A stretch of DNA of 64,000 nt from Bacteroidota bacterium (GTDB taxonomy: Bacteria; Bacteroidota; Ignavibacteria; UBA10030), in NCBI GenBank assembly GCA_025454835.1, contig JALONQ010000001.1:392990-456989 (forward strand), in the 5' to 3' direction. Positions 38,669-49,429 of the stretch are shown here, one piece after another. The first letter of the stretch is position 1; each line of letters starts with the position of its first letter. The notes beneath the pieces are model-generated. The model did not search any database. It worked only from the letters and a program-made list of their open reading frames with translations, and had not been told where the DNA came from. The translations under genes and the position numbers were made by a program.

Positions 38669-40009
38669 TCAGGCGCGGCGTCCGCGCAGCTTTCCGCTCT
38701 TCATGAACCCATCGTAATGGCGCATGAGCAGGTGCGATTCGACCTGTTGAAGCGTGTCGAGCGCGACGCCGACGATGATCAGCAGGCTCGTGCCGCCAAA
38801 GAACGACGCGAAATTGGGCGTGATACCCATCTTGATGAGCGCCGTCGGCAAAATGGCGATGATCGCCAGGAAGATCGAGCCCGGGAGCGTGATCTTCGTC
38901 AGAATGTTGTCGACAAAATCGGCCGTGTGAGAACCCGGCCGGATGCCAGGGATGAACCCGCCCTGCTTCTTCATGTTGTCGGCCACGTCCTTTGGGTTGA
39001 AGGCGATGGCCGTGTAGAAGTACGTGAAGAAGACGATAACGAGAGCATAGATGATCGAGTATGTCCAGGAGTCATACGAGAACCATTCCGTATGCACCGT
39101 CTGCATCCACTCGCTCTCGGGAAAGAACGAGAAGACGATCTGCGGAATGAACATGACCGCCTGGGCGAAGATGATCGGCATGACGCCGGCCGTGTTGACA
39201 CGCAGGGGGATGTACTGCGTCACGCCCCCGTAGACCTTTCGGCCGACGACCCGCTTCGCGTACTGGACCGGGATGCGCCTTGTCCCCTGCGTCACCAGGA
39301 TGACCGCCGCGACGATGAAGCCCATGGCCGCGAAGATCACCAGCTCGACGATAAGGTTGCGCGCCCCCGACGTCACAAGCTGGAACTCATCCAGCACGGC
39401 GTGGGGGAACCGGGCGATGATGCCGATGAAGATTATGAGCGAGATCCCGTTGCCGATACCCCGCTCCGTGATCTGTTCGCCGAGCCACATCATGAAGACG
39501 GTGCCAGACGTCAGGATGAGCATCGTGCTGATCGTGAAACTGAGGCCGCGCACCGCCTCGGGGACGATCGGACCGGCCGGCGTGTCCGTCGACAGCAGTT
39601 TCACGACGACGCCGCTCGCCTGGAGCAACGAGACGAGCACGGTGCCGTAGCGCGTATACTGGGTGATCTTCTTCCGTCCATCCTCACCCTCCTTCTGCAG
39701 CTTCTGGAAGTAGGGGATGACCGCGCCGAGGAGCTGGATCACGATCGACGCGCTGATGTATGGCATGATGCCGAGCGCGAAGATCGCTGCGTTGCTGAAC
39801 GCGCCGCCGACGAACAGGTCGTAGAGGCCGAACAGCGTGTTCTCGCTGCTCTTGCGGATGGTGTCCGCCAGAAGAACGGCGTCGACGCCGGGCAGCGTCA
39901 CGTGCGAGCCGATGCGGACAACGATGAGGAGCAACGCGGTGAACAACAGCCGCTCGCGGAGCTCCTGGATCTTGAAGATGTTCGTGAACGTCTCTGTCAG
40001 CTTGCTCAT
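38669..40009 (-). CDS. secY: Preprotein translocase SecY
   Basis: 446 aa, 10 TM; conserved SecY sequence; overlaps the rplO stop. Confidence 0.95.
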   Translation of the reverse strand: MSKLTETFTNIFKIQELRERLLFTALLLIVVRIGSHVTLPGVDAVLLADTIRKSSENTLFGLYDLFVGGAFSNAAIFALGIMPYISASIVIQLLGAVIPYFQKLQKEGEDGRKKITQYTRYGTVLVSLLQASGVVVKLLSTDTPAGPIVPEAVRGLSFTISTMLILTSGTVFMMWLGEQITERGIGNGISLIIFIGIIARFPHAVLDEFQLVTSGARNLIVELVIFAAMGFIVAAVILVTQGTRRIPVQYAKRVVGRKVYGGVTQYIPLRVNTAGVMPIIFAQAVMFIPQIVFSFFPESEWMQTVHTEWFSYDSWTYSIIYALVIVFFTYFYTAIAFNPKDVADNMKKQGGFIPGIRPGSHTADFVDNILTKITLPGSIFLAIIAILPTALIKMGITPNFASFFGGTSLLIIVGVALDTLQQVESHLLMRHYDGFMKSGKLRGRRA

Positions 40010-40497
40010 GCGTTCGCCGGAGCTGTGGCCGCCGCAAGCACGGTCACCGTGCCGCCGGCCGCTTCGATCTTCGTCCGCGCCGCCTTGCTGACAGCATGGG
40101 CTGAGACGTCGACCTTCGATGTCAGGTTTCCATCCGCCAGGATCTTCACGGGCACCAGTTTCTTCCTGATAGCCCCCGCCTCATACAGCGAGGCCGGCGT
40201 CACCGCGCCGGTGATCCGCTTCTTCTCGATGAGGACCGCGATCTGGCCGACGTTGACGACCTGCGCCTCGACCCGATGGGGCGAGGTGAAGCCGTGCTTC
40301 GGCACGCGTCGCGTCAGCGGCATCTGGCCCCCTTCGAACCAGATCTTGAACTTGTGGCCCGACCGCGCCTTGGCGCCTTTGTGGCCCTTGGTCGCGGTGC
40401 CGCCATGGCCGGAACCCTGCCCACGGCCGATGCGCTTGACCTTCTTGCGGGAATTCTTTGCCGGCCGGAGATTGGCCAGGATCGATGGTGCCATCAC
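40006..40497 (-). CDS. rplO: 50S ribosomal protein L15
   Basis: Conserved L15 (KRIGRGQGSGHGGTATKGHKG). Confidence 0.95.
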   Translation of the reverse strand: MMAPSILANLRPAKNSRKKVKRIGRGQGSGHGGTATKGHKGAKARSGHKFKIWFEGGQMPLTRRVPKHGFTSPHRVEAQVVNVGQIAVLIEKKRITGAVTPASLYEAGAIRKKLVPVKILADGNLTSKVDVSAHAVSKAARTKIEAAGGTVTVLAAATAPANA

Positions 40498-40685
40498 TTC
40501 ACCTCTTCGACGGTCACGAGGTGCCGCACGACGTTGATCATGCCGCGCACCTGCGGGGTATCGGTCTTGACGACGGAGTATCGCGGACGCCCGAGTCCGA
40601 GCGCCTTGATCGTGCGCTTGGTCCTCTCGAGCTCGTCGATGATGCTCCGATGCTGGGTGATCCGGATCTTCTTGAGTTCAGCCAT
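40494..40685 (-). CDS. rpmD: 50S ribosomal protein L30
   Basis: 63 aa, MAELKKIRITQHRSIID; gene order. Confidence 0.9.
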   Translation of the reverse strand: MAELKKIRITQHRSIIDELERTKRTIKALGLGRPRYSVVKTDTPQVRGMINVVRHLVTVEEVK

Positions 40686-40696
40686 GACGCTCTCGC

Positions 40697-41203
40697 TCAG
40701 TTCATCTGGAACATTTCCTGAACGCTCATGCCCCGGCGTGCAGCTGCCGTCCTGGCATCCGTCAGGCTCAACAAGGCCTTCAAAGTGGCCTTGACCACGT
40801 TGTGCGGGTTCGACGATCCCATCTGCTTCGTCAGCACGTCCTTGACGCCGGCCGATTCGAGCACGGCGCGAACGCCGCCGCCGGCGATGAGACCCGTTCC
40901 TGGCGAAGCCGGACGCAGCATCACCTTGCCCGCCCCGAACTTGCCGATCACTTCGTGCGGGATCGTCCCCTTCACGATCGGAACGGTGTAGACGACCTTC
41001 TTCGCGTCCTCCACTCCCTTCGCGATGGCATCCGCCACCTCATTCGCCTTGCCCAGCCCGATGCCGACGTGGCCTTTGCCGTCGCCGACGACGACGAGCG
41101 CGCTGAAGCTGAAGCGACGTCCGCCCTTCACCACCTTCGCCACACGGTTCACGTGGACGAGGCGGTCCTTCAGTTCGAGTTCACCTGCCTTGATCTTGGC
41201 CAT
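40697..41203 (-). CDS. rpsE: 30S ribosomal protein S5
   Basis: Conserved S5 ([14 protein letters not shown]). Confidence 0.95.
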   Translation of the reverse strand: MAKIKAGELELKDRLVHVNRVAKVVKGGRRFSFSALVVVGDGKGHVGIGLGKANEVADAIAKGVEDAKKVVYTVPIVKGTIPHEVIGKFGAGKVMLRPASPGTGLIAGGGVRAVLESAGVKDVLTKQMGSSNPHNVVKATLKALLSLTDARTAAARRGMSVQEMFQMN

Positions 41204-41220
41204 GCGTAGGGTTCCCTGCG

Positions 41221-41589
41221 TCAGAATTTCAGTCCGCCTTCGCGTGCACCCTCAGCCAGGGCCTTGACCCGCCCGTGGTAGAGGTAGCCGCTTCGGTCGA
41301 AGACAACGGTGGTAATGTTCTTCTCGAGCGCCAGCTTGGCCGTGATGACGCCGAGCTGCTTGTAGCGTGCGATCGGGCTCTTGATCGCCGACAGTTCCGC
41401 GCGCAGGTCCTTCGACAGCGTCGACGCCGCGACGAGGGTCTTCCCCGTCATGTCGTCGATGATCTGTGCGTAGCCGTTGCGGCCGCTGCGGTAGACCGTC
41501 AACCGAGGTCGGGACGTCGTCCCCACCACCTTCTTGCGAATGCGGACCTGTTTCTTGGCCCGGCGCTTGTGTGCATTAGAGCTGTTCAT
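41221..41589 (-). CDS. rplR: 50S ribosomal protein L18
   Basis: Conserved L18; gene order. Confidence 0.9.
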   Translation of the reverse strand: MNSSNAHKRRAKKQVRIRKKVVGTTSRPRLTVYRSGRNGYAQIIDDMTGKTLVAASTLSKDLRAELSAIKSPIARYKQLGVITAKLALEKNITTVVFDRSGYLYHGRVKALAEGAREGGLKF

Positions 41590-41600
41590 GATCGCCTCGT

Positions 41601-42149
41601 TTACTTGGCGCCGGACGCGGCGGCCTTACCGGCCTTGCGACGGATCGCCTCGCCTTCGTATTTGATCCCCTTGCCCTTGTACGGCTCGGGGGGCCGGAAC
41701 GACCGGATCTTCGCCGCCGTCATGCCGACGAGCTGCTTGTCGATCCCGCTGATGAGGATGTTCGTCTGGGACGGGGCCTCGACCTTGATCCCTTCGGGAG
41801 GACCGAACAGGATCGGATGGCTGAACCCGACCTGGAGATTGAGCTTCTTCCCCTTCATCTCAGCACGGTAGCCGACGCCGACGATCTCGAGCTTCCGCTC
41901 GTAGCCGGCCGATACGCCCACGACCATGTTCTGGATGTTGGCCCGCCACAGCCCGTGAAGAGCGCGATGGAACTTCTCGTCCGTCGAGCGGTTCACGCGC
42001 ACGGTCTGTCCTTCGACGACGACCGAGATCGCGGGATGCACACGAGCTTTCAACTCGCCCTTCGGGCCCTTCACCGTCACGTTGCTGCCTTCGACGGCGA
42101 CGTTGACGCCCTTGGGGAGTTCGATGATCTTCCTGCCGATACGCGACAC
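41601..42149 (-). CDS. rplF: 50S ribosomal protein L6
   Basis: [15 protein letters not shown]...; conserved. Confidence 0.95.
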   Translation of the reverse strand: MSRIGRKIIELPKGVNVAVEGSNVTVKGPKGELKARVHPAISVVVEGQTVRVNRSTDEKFHRALHGLWRANIQNMVVGVSAGYERKLEIVGVGYRAEMKGKKLNLQVGFSHPILFGPPEGIKVEAPSQTNILISGIDKQLVGMTAAKIRSFRPPEPYKGKGIKYEGEAIRRKAGKAAASGAK

Positions 42150-42176
42150 GGGATTCTCCTCAGTTCCGCGGTTCGA

Positions 42177-42572
42177 TTACCACACGTAGGCGAGCACTTC
42201 GCCGCCCACGTTCTGCTTCTTCGCTTGCGCGCCGGTCATGATACCGCGCGAGGTCGACACGACGGCCATGCCCAGCCCGCCCTGGACCCGGGGCATGGCT
42301 TCCGCCCCGCGATAGATCCGGATACCCGGCTTGCTGATACGACGCAGTCCCATGATGACCGGCCGTCCGTCGTGATACTTCAGATTGATGCGCAGGATGC
42401 CCTGCTTCTGGTCCTCGAGGACCGTGTAGTTGGCGATGTACTTCTGGTCGAGAAGCACCCGGGCGATCGCCGTCTTCATCTTCGAAGCAGGAACGTCCAC
42501 GCGGCGATGCTTCGCCTTGTGCGCGTTGCGAATGCGGGTCAACAGGTCACTGATCGGGTCAACAGTTGCCAT
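42177..42572 (-). CDS. rpsH: 30S ribosomal protein S8
   Basis: DPISDLLTRIRNA...; conserved. Confidence 0.95.
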   Translation of the reverse strand: MATVDPISDLLTRIRNAHKAKHRRVDVPASKMKTAIARVLLDQKYIANYTVLEDQKQGILRINLKYHDGRPVIMGLRRISKPGIRIYRGAEAMPRVQGGLGMAVVSTSRGIMTGAQAKKQNVGGEVLAYVW

Positions 42573-42598
42573 GAGGAGGCCTTCAGATTCGACGTGGA

Positions 42599-42784
42599 CT
42601 ACCAGGACGCCTTGCGGACGCCGGGGATCTTGCCATCAAGCGCCAGCTTACGGAAGCAGAGACGGCAGAGGCCGAACTTCCGGTAGAAGGCGCGCGGGCG
42701 ACCGCACTGGCCGCACCGGTTGTGCTGGCGGACCTTGTACTTGGGCGTCCGCTTCGCCTTGACGATCATTGCTAGACGAGCCAC
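42599..42784 (-). CDS. rpsZ: 30S ribosomal protein S14, zinc-binding short (type Z) form
   Basis: 61 aa with CGQCGRPRA...CRLCFR zinc-ribbon cysteines. Confidence 0.9.
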   Translation of the reverse strand: MARLAMIVKAKRTPKYKVRQHNRCGQCGRPRAFYRKFGLCRLCFRKLALDGKIPGVRKASW

Positions 42785-42801
42785 TCTCGCGTTCCTTTCG
42801 A

Positions 42802-43464
42802 TTACGCTGCGTTCGTGGTGACGATCTCTTGCCGCTTCACGAAGGGCATGCCGAGCTCCTTCAGAAGCTCGTACGCCTCGACGTCGGTCTTGGCGGACGT
42901 CACGATCGTGATGTCCATGCCGGTGATCCGCGTGACCTTGTCGACGTCGATCTCGGGGAAGATGATCTGCTCCTTCACTCCGAACGTGTAGTTGCCGTGT
43001 CCATCGAACGACTTGTCAGGCACGCCGCGAAAATCACGCACGCGCGGCAACGCGACGGCGATGAAGCGATCCAGAAACTCATACATCTTCTCACGGCGCA
43101 GCGTGACGCGGCAACCGATCGAGAGCCCCTCGCGGAGCTTGAAGTTCGAGATGGCCTTCTTCGCCTTCGTGATGACGACCTTCTGGCCCGTGATCTGCTC
43201 GAGCTCACGCACCGCGACCTCGAGAAGCTTCGGATCCTGCGTCGCCTCGCCAACGCCCATGTTGATCGCGACCTTCACGACCCTCGGCACCATCATCCGG
43301 TTCTTGTAATGGAACCGCTTCATGAGGGCCGGAACGACCTCCTGCCCATAACGGGTCTGGAGGCGAGGCGTGGCCCCTTTCTCCTGGTGCCCGGGTTCGA
43401 CCTTGGCGGCGGCTTTTGACTCGCCCTTCGCCGGCTTCTCTTTTTTCTGCTGATCCTTCGCCAT
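42802..43464 (-). CDS. rplE: 50S ribosomal protein L5 with a ~40-aa Lys/Ala-rich N-terminal extension
   Basis: Conserved L5 core from ...[18 protein letters not shown]; basic N-terminal extension. Confidence 0.9.
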   Translation of the reverse strand: MAKDQQKKEKPAKGESKAAAKVEPGHQEKGATPRLQTRYGQEVVPALMKRFHYKNRMMVPRVVKVAINMGVGEATQDPKLLEVAVRELEQITGQKVVITKAKKAISNFKLREGLSIGCRVTLRREKMYEFLDRFIAVALPRVRDFRGVPDKSFDGHGNYTFGVKEQIIFPEIDVDKVTRITGMDITIVTSAKTDVEAYELLKELGMPFVKRQEIVTTNAA

Positions 43465-43473
43465 GACCTGTCC

Positions 43474-43809
43474 TTAGAACATTTCGCCGGTCGCCCGGCT
43501 GACGCGCATCGACTTGCGCTTGCCGCTGGACGCATCGCGCACGTGGGCGCGGCCCGTCCGCGTGGGTTCGCCGCTCTTGGGGTCGAGCACCATCACATTC
43601 GACGCGTGGATGGGCACTTCTTTCTGCACGATCCCGCCCTGCGGATTCTTCTGCGTCGGGCGCGTATGACGTTTGCGCACGTTGACGCCTTCGATGATGA
43701 CCCGGCCGGTCTCGGGGAACACTTTGAGGACCTTCCCCTTCTTCCCCTTGAAGTTGCCGGAGATGACGACGACCTGGTCGTTCTTCTTGATGTGGGTCTG
43801 TACGCTCAT
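43474..43809 (-). CDS. rplX: 50S ribosomal protein L24
   Basis: KOW motif ([22 protein letters not shown]). Confidence 0.95.
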   Translation of the reverse strand: MSVQTHIKKNDQVVVISGNFKGKKGKVLKVFPETGRVIIEGVNVRKRHTRPTQKNPQGGIVQKEVPIHASNVMVLDPKSGEPTRTGRAHVRDASSGKRKSMRVSRATGEMF

Positions 43810-43811
43810 GA

Positions 43812-44180
43812 TCAGAGAACCTCCGGGGCAAGCGAGATGATCTTCATGAACTGCCGCTCGCGGAGCTCGCGGGCCACGGGCCCGAAGATGCGCGTTCCGC
43901 GCGGTTCGCCCTGGGGGTTGAGGAGCACCGCCGCGTTCTCGTCGAACCGGATGTACGAACCGTCCTTGCGGCGAACCTCCTTCACCGTGCGGACGACGAC
44001 GGCGCGGGACACCTCCCCCTTTTTCACGGGGGCACCGGGGATCGCGGCCTTGACCGAAACGACGATCAGGTCGCCGAGGCTCGCGTAGCGTTTGTCATGG
44101 CCGCCGAGGATGCGAATGCAACGTATCTTCTTCGCACCCGAATTGTCGGCGACCGTCAGATTGGTCTCTTCCTGGATCAT
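43812..44180 (-). CDS. rplN: 50S ribosomal protein L14
   Basis: [18 protein letters not shown]...; conserved. Confidence 0.95.
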   Translation of the reverse strand: MIQEETNLTVADNSGAKKIRCIRILGGHDKRYASLGDLIVVSVKAAIPGAPVKKGEVSRAVVVRTVKEVRRKDGSYIRFDENAAVLLNPQGEPRGTRIFGPVARELRERQFMKIISLAPEVL

Positions 44181-44205
44181 ACCTTTACCTGTCGGAGAGC
44201 AGCGA

Positions 44206-44487
44206 TCACTTGGCCTTGGTCACGATCTCGACGAGCCGCCACCGCTTCCGCTTGCTCAGCGGGCGCGTCTCCATGACCTTCACGACATCGCCGATCTTGG
44301 CCTGTTGTTGCTCGTCGTGAGCCATGAGGGTCGTCGTGACGCGGAAATACTTCTTGTAGAGCGGGTGGGCCTTCTGGCCTTCGATGGCCACCACGATGCT
44401 CTTCGTCATCTTGTTCGAGATGACCTTCCCGACACGGGTTTTACGCCGCGGCCGGGCCGCCGGCATGCTGGGTGCGTTCGTCGTCAT
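44206..44487 (-). CDS. rpsQ: 30S ribosomal protein S17
   Basis: [22 protein letters not shown]...; conserved. Confidence 0.9.
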   Translation of the reverse strand: MTTNAPSMPAARPRRKTRVGKVISNKMTKSIVVAIEGQKAHPLYKKYFRVTTTLMAHDEQQQAKIGDVVKVMETRPLSKRKRWRLVEIVTKAK

Positions 44488-44696
44488 TGCGGCTTCTTCG
44501 TCGTCATGGAACGTTCCCGGAGGATCGACTGCATCCGGGCGATGTCTTTGCGGGCGGCGCTGATCCGGTGCGGCTTCTCGAGCTGACCGAGCACCTTCTG
44601 GAAGCGCAGGTTCGCCAACCCCTGCTCCTCCTCGGCGATCCGCTTGAGAAGCTCGGCGTCCGAAAGCTGCCGAAGTTCATGTGCTTTCATGGGCAT
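44484..44696 (-). CDS. rpmC: 50S ribosomal protein L29
   Basis: [14 protein letters not shown]...; 4-nt overlap with rpsQ. Confidence 0.9.
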   Translation of the reverse strand: MPMKAHELRQLSDAELLKRIAEEEQGLANLRFQKVLGQLEKPHRISAARKDIARMQSILRERSMTTKKPQ

Positions 44697-44702
44697 CCTT
44701 CC

Positions 44703-45119
44703 TTATCCGAGGTCCACGCGGGACACGAATCGGGTCTTCAACGGCAGCTTGTGTGACGCCAGCTTCATGGCCTCGGCGGCCGTCTCGCGGTTGATCCCGC
44801 CAAGCTCGAACAGCACGCGACCCGGCTTGATGACTGCCACCCAGTATTCCGGGATGCCCTTGCCGGAGCCCATACGGGTCTCGGCGGGCTTCTTCGTGAC
44901 CGGCTTGTCCGGGAAGATGCGGATCCACACCTTGCCTTCTCGCTTCATCATGCGGGTGAGCGCCACGCGCGACGCCTCGATCTGGCGCTGCGTGATCCAC
45001 CCGGCTTCCATGGCCTTGAGGCCGTAATCGCCGAAAGCGATCGTCGCGCCTCGCGTCGCCTTGCCGCGACGCCGACCCTTCTGGGTTTTTCGGAATTTGA
45101 CCCGCTTGGGCATCAACAT
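44703..45119 (-). CDS. rplP: 50S ribosomal protein L16
   Basis: [19 protein letters not shown]...; conserved. Confidence 0.95.
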   Translation of the reverse strand: MLMPKRVKFRKTQKGRRRGKATRGATIAFGDYGLKAMEAGWITQRQIEASRVALTRMMKREGKVWIRIFPDKPVTKKPAETRMGSGKGIPEYWVAVIKPGRVLFELGGINRETAAEAMKLASHKLPLKTRFVSRVDLG

Positions 45120-45134
45120 GGCTGCATCGACTCC

Positions 45135-45797
45135 TTATCCGCGCTGCTGAGCTGGCTGGACCTGCTGCATTCCCGTGAGGATCTCACCTTTGCAGATCCA
45201 CACCTTGATGCCGATCGTGCCGTAGATCGTGAACGCCGTCGAAACGGCGTAGTCGATGTCGGCCCGAAGCGTCTGCAACGGAATGCGGCCTTCCTTGTAC
45301 TGTTCGGTGCGGGCGATCTCGGCTCCGCCAAGCCGCCCGGCGCACATGATCTTGATCCCCTCGGCCCCCATCCGCATCGCCGCCGTCAACGACTGCTTCA
45401 TCGCGCGACGGAACGAGATGCGTCCTTCGAGCTGGCCGGCGATCGCGTCCGCTACGAGGGCCGCCTCGAGCTCGGGGCGCTTGATCTCGTGGATGAGGAT
45501 CTTGACCTCCTTCGAGGTCACCTTCTTCAACTCTTCCTCGAGCTGGGCGATCTCCTTCCCGCTCTTGCCGATCACGATGCCCGGCCGGGAGGTGTGGATC
45601 GTAATGACGGCCCGCTTCGGCGTCCGGTCGATCTGGATCCGGGCGATGCCCGCCTTCTTCAGGCGGTTCTTGATATAGTTGCGGACGACGATGTCCTCCT
45701 GCAACTTGCCCGCCATATGCTTCTCATCGTACCAGTTCGCGTCCCAGCCGCGGACGACGCCCAGACGAAAGCCATTGGGGTTGGTTTTCTGGCCCAC
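45135..45797 (-). CDS. rpsC: 30S ribosomal protein S3
   Basis: [22 protein letters not shown]; KH domain. Confidence 0.95.
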   Translation of the reverse strand: MGQKTNPNGFRLGVVRGWDANWYDEKHMAGKLQEDIVVRNYIKNRLKKAGIARIQIDRTPKRAVITIHTSRPGIVIGKSGKEIAQLEEELKKVTSKEVKILIHEIKRPELEAALVADAIAGQLEGRISFRRAMKQSLTAAMRMGAEGIKIMCAGRLGGAEIARTEQYKEGRIPLQTLRADIDYAVSTAFTIYGTIGIKVWICKGEILTGMQQVQPAQQRG

Positions 45798-45812
45798 TGT
45801 GTTCTCCGGTGA

Positions 45813-46232
45813 CTACTTCGTGTCGGCCGCTTTAGGTGCGGCTTCAGCCTTCGCGGCAGCGCGGGGCTTCGCGGCTTTGGCCGCCGCAACCTTGCGTTGT
45901 CCGAGGATGATCGTGACATGGTTCGAGCGCTTGCGAATGCGGTATGCCCGACCCATCGGTGCCGGCGAGATGCGCTTCATCATCGCCCCACCGTCGACGA
46001 AAGCTTCCTTGACGAACAGCGTCGACGTATCGACCCGGCCGCCCTGGTCCTTGTTCTGCATATTGGCGATCGCCGACCGCAGGACCTTTTCGGCGGTCTT
46101 GGCGGCGTGCTTCGGCGCGAAATGCAGGATGGTCAACGCCTCGTCGACGGCCTTGCCGCGGATGAGGTCGATGACCAGCCGCATCTTACGCGGCGAAGTT
46201 CCGATATATCGATTGATGGCGCGAGCTTCCAT
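45813..46232 (-). CDS. rplV: 50S ribosomal protein L22
   Basis: Conserved L22 core, Ala/Lys-rich tail. Confidence 0.9.
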   Translation of the reverse strand: MEARAINRYIGTSPRKMRLVIDLIRGKAVDEALTILHFAPKHAAKTAEKVLRSAIANMQNKDQGGRVDTSTLFVKEAFVDGGAMMKRISPAPMGRAYRIRKRSNHVTIILGQRKVAAAKAAKPRAAAKAEAAPKAADTK

Positions 46233-46257
46233 GACGGACCTTGATGGTGCGAGTGGC

Positions 46258-46545
46258 TCAGGCGGGCGACGTCGACTTTTCGCTCCTCACGCCCGGATGG
46301 GCGCGAAAGATGCGCGTGGGGGCGAACTCACCCAACTTGTGCCCCACCATCGCCTCGTGCACGTAGACCGGGATGAATTTGTTCCCGTTGTGCACCGCGA
46401 ACGTGTGCCCGACGAACTCGGGGATGATGGTGCAATCCCGGGCCCACGTCTTGACGACCTTCTTCTGGTTGACCTTGTTCAGCGCGTCGACCTTCGCTTG
46501 CAACTTGGTGTCGACGTACGGGCCCTTCTTGATCGAACGGCTCAT
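46258..46545 (-). CDS. rpsS: 30S ribosomal protein S19
   Basis: [12 protein letters not shown]...; start set at the internal ATG 46545 (the track ORF extends spuriously into rplB). Confidence 0.9.
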   Translation of the reverse strand: MSRSIKKGPYVDTKLQAKVDALNKVNQKKVVKTWARDCTIIPEFVGHTFAVHNGNKFIPVYVHEAMVGHKLGEFAPTRIFRAHPGVRSEKSTSPA

Positions 46546-46550
46546 GGTGG

Positions 46551-47384
46551 TTACTTCCGGCGCTTGACAATGTATTTGTTGGACATGTTCTTCTTCTTCC
46601 GGGTCTTGAGACCCTTCGCGTACTTGCCCCACGGCGATTCTGGATGCTGGCCGCCGCCGCCCGATTTCGACTTGCCCTCGCCGCCGCCCATCGGGTGATC
46701 GACCGGGTTCATCGCCATGCCTCGGGTCTGCGGGCGGATGCCAAGCCATCGCGAACGACCAGCCTTGCCGTAGCTGATGTTCTCATGGTCCGTGTTCCCC
46801 ACCGTACCCAGCGTCGCGTAACAGTCGCTGCGAATCTTCCTCACTTCTCCCGACGGAAGCTTCACCGTCGCGAACTGACCTTCCTTGGCCATCAGCTGCA
46901 GCGCATTGCCGGCGCTCCGGCCAAGCTGACCCCCCTTGCCGGGGCGGAGCTCGACGTTATGAATGAACGAACCGACGGGGACGCTCTTCAAGGGCAGCGC
47001 ATTGCCCGTCTTGATCTCAACATTCTCACCCGATTCGACCGCCGCCCCGACCGTCAGTCCGTCCGGCGCGAGCATGTAGCGCTTCTCGCCGTCCGGATAA
47101 TGGACAAGGGCGATGCGGCAGGACCGGTTGGGGTCGTACTCGATCGATGCGATGGTGCCGGCGACGCCCCGCTTGTCGCGCTTGAAGTCGATGATCCGGT
47201 ACTGGCGCTTGTGTCCGCCGCCCCGGTGACGCGAGGTCACCCGGCCGGTATTGTTGCGTCCACCCGATTTCGTCAGCGGCGAAAGCAGCGACTTCTCGGG
47301 CGTCGTCTTCGTGATCTCCTCGAACGACGCGACCGAGTAGAATCGGGTCGCGGGGGTCCGGGGTCGTAGCTTGCGAATGGCCAT
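46551..47384 (-). CDS. rplB: 50S ribosomal protein L2
   Basis: 277 aa; [15 protein letters not shown]... and the conserved [11 protein letters not shown]. Confidence 0.95.
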   Translation of the reverse strand: MAIRKLRPRTPATRFYSVASFEEITKTTPEKSLLSPLTKSGGRNNTGRVTSRHRGGGHKRQYRIIDFKRDKRGVAGTIASIEYDPNRSCRIALVHYPDGEKRYMLAPDGLTVGAAVESGENVEIKTGNALPLKSVPVGSFIHNVELRPGKGGQLGRSAGNALQLMAKEGQFATVKLPSGEVRKIRSDCYATLGTVGNTDHENISYGKAGRSRWLGIRPQTRGMAMNPVDHPMGGGEGKSKSGGGGQHPESPWGKYAKGLKTRKKKNMSNKYIVKRRK

Positions 47385-47399
47385 GGGAATGCGCCTTGA

Positions 47400-47690
47400 T
47401 TACTCGTTGGTGAAGAGGTCGATCTTGTCGCCCTCATGCAGGGTGACGATGGCCTTCTTCCAGGCCCGCGTCCGTCCTTCGAATCGGCCGCGCTTCGTCA
47501 ACTGCTGCTTCGACTTGGACCGGACCCACATCGTGCGGACCGACGTGACCTTGACCTTAAAGCGCTTGGAGACGGCCTTGCCGATCTCGATCTTGTTGAC
47601 GCCGCCGGAGACCTCGAACGCGTACTGCCGCTTGTCCTGAAGCGCCGTCACCTTCTCCGTGAGGATCGGCCGAATGATGATCTCGGACAT
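47400..47690 (-). CDS. rplW: 50S ribosomal protein L23
   Basis: 96 aa; conserved L23. Confidence 0.9.
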   Translation of the reverse strand: MSEIIIRPILTEKVTALQDKRQYAFEVSGGVNKIEIGKAVSKRFKVKVTSVRTMWVRSKSKQQLTKRGRFEGRTRAWKKAIVTLHEGDKIDLFTNE

Positions 47691-47698
47691 GATGAACC

Positions 47699-48328
47699 TC
47701 AGTTCTTCAGCGGCTGCTGGAGCGCGTCAACCGCGCTCTTCTGGATCAGCAGCACCTGGTGATTCACGATATCGTAGGTCGACGCCTTGTCGGCGGCGTT
47801 GATCTCGAGCCGGGGGATGTTCCGTCCGGACTTATAGAGCGATACGTCGGTCGCCTTCGTCAGCAGCAGGGTCTTCTTGCCGTTCAGCGACAGGGCCTTC
47901 AGGAGCGCGGAGACCTGCTTCGTCTTCGGCGCATCGAAACTGAAATCCTCAACGACGACGATCGCCTTGTCCTTCGCTTTGTAGCTGAGGGCCGAACGCC
48001 GGGCGAGCTTCTTCATCTTCGCTGTCAGCTTCACGACGTAGTCATGCGGCATCGGTCCGAAGATGGATCCGCCGCCGGGCATGAGCGGTGACCGCGACGT
48101 GCCCTGACGGGCCTGGCCGGTCTTCTTCTGCTTGAACGGCTTCCGGCCGCCGCCGCGAACCTCGTTCCGGGGCTTTACCTTGTGCGTACCCTGGCGCTGG
48201 TTGGCCATCGTGCTCCGCACCATCATATAGATGGCATGGTCGTTCGGCTCGATCTCGAACACGGCCGGGTCCAGGGTCACCATCTCCCCGGTCGGCTTTC
48301 CGTCGGTCTTGTATACTTCGAGTTGCAT
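47699..48328 (-). CDS. rplD: 50S ribosomal protein L4
   Basis: 209 aa; conserved L4 loop region (KPFKQKKTGQARQG). Confidence 0.95.
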   Translation of the reverse strand: MQLEVYKTDGKPTGEMVTLDPAVFEIEPNDHAIYMMVRSTMANQRQGTHKVKPRNEVRGGGRKPFKQKKTGQARQGTSRSPLMPGGGSIFGPMPHDYVVKLTAKMKKLARRSALSYKAKDKAIVVVEDFSFDAPKTKQVSALLKALSLNGKKTLLLTKATDVSLYKSGRNIPRLEINAADKASTYDIVNHQVLLIQKSAVDALQQPLKN

Positions 48329-48345
48329 CGCGTTCCTCGCCGGGC

Positions 48346-48972
48346 TCAGTTGCTTTTCACGACCTCGACGTACCCGTTGATAGCGCCGGGGATCGAGCCC
48401 TTGATGATCAGAATGTTGGATTCGGGGATGACCCGAAGGATCTGCAGGTTCCGGACCGTTACCTGGTCGTGGCCCATGCGTCCCGCCATGCGCATGCCCT
48501 TGAAGACACGCGACGGATAGGATGAGGCGCCGATCGATCCGGGGGCCCTCACGCGGTCCGACTGACCGTGGGTCGTGTGCCCGACGCCGCCGAAATGGTG
48601 ACGCTTGACGACGCCCTGGAAGCCGCGACCCTTCGAACGGCCGCGCACGTCCACGACGTCGCCCTGCGCGAAGATGTCGACGCGAACCTCAGCGCCGAGC
48701 TCGGTCGGAAATCCGTTCACTTCGCGAAATTCGCGAAGCCAGCGGAGCGCCTTCGACTTCGCACGGGCGAACTGACCTTTCATCGGCTTCGAGACGAGCC
48801 GCTCCGGCTTCTCATCGAAACCAAGCTGCACGGCATCGTAGCCGTCCTTGTTCTTCGTTTTAACGTGCGTGACGAAGCACGGTCCTGCTTCAATGATCGT
48901 GCAGGGAATCGCTTCCCCGTTCTCACTGAAGATGCTCGTCATGCCAAGCTTTTTGCCGAGAATGCCGCTCAC
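48346..48972 (-). CDS. rplC: 50S ribosomal protein L3
   Basis: [15 protein letters not shown]...; conserved. Confidence 0.95.
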   Translation of the reverse strand: MSGILGKKLGMTSIFSENGEAIPCTIIEAGPCFVTHVKTKNKDGYDAVQLGFDEKPERLVSKPMKGQFARAKSKALRWLREFREVNGFPTELGAEVRVDIFAQGDVVDVRGRSKGRGFQGVVKRHHFGGVGHTTHGQSDRVRAPGSIGASSYPSRVFKGMRMAGRMGHDQVTVRNLQILRVIPESNILIIKGSIPGAINGYVEVVKSN

Positions 48973-49047
48973 GGATAGGTTCCTTTCACTGCCCGTCGGT
49001 CCTTGTGCCGCCGGGACGGTTCATCGTCCTCAGGTGACCGACGCTGT

Positions 49048-49356
49048 TCAGACCTTGATCTCCACATCGACGCCGGCGGGCAGCTCCAGCTTCATCAGGG
49101 AGTCGACCGTCTTGCTCGTCGAGTTGAGGATGTCGATGAGACGCTTGTGCGACCGCGTCTCGAACTGCTCCCGCGACTTCTTGTCGACGTGCGGCGAGCG
49201 GTTGACCGTGTACACGCTGCGTTTTGTCGGCAGCGGGATCGGGCCGGAAACGATGGCGCCGGTCTGCCTCACGGTCTTGATGATCTTCTCCGCCGACTTG
49301 TCGATCAAGTTGTGATCGAAGGACTTCAGTTTGATCCGGATCTTCTGGCCTGCCAC
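49048..49356 (-). CDS. rpsJ: 30S ribosomal protein S10
   Basis: [21 protein letters not shown]...; 102 aa. Confidence 0.95.
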   Translation of the reverse strand: MAGQKIRIKLKSFDHNLIDKSAEKIIKTVRQTGAIVSGPIPLPTKRSVYTVNRSPHVDKKSREQFETRSHKRLIDILNSTSKTVDSLMKLELPAGVDVEIKV

Positions 49357-49429
49357 GGTACGTCCTCGTGTGGTTGAGACGCCCCGCCGGCCTCGGCAAC
49401 GTCAAGGCCGGCGGGAACGACTGCGATGA

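Noticed and set aside
38658-38669. Expected adenylate kinase (adk) between secY and map
   Set aside because: Absent. secY is followed directly by map, as in Bacteroidetes-type spc operons. Not a deletion artefact.
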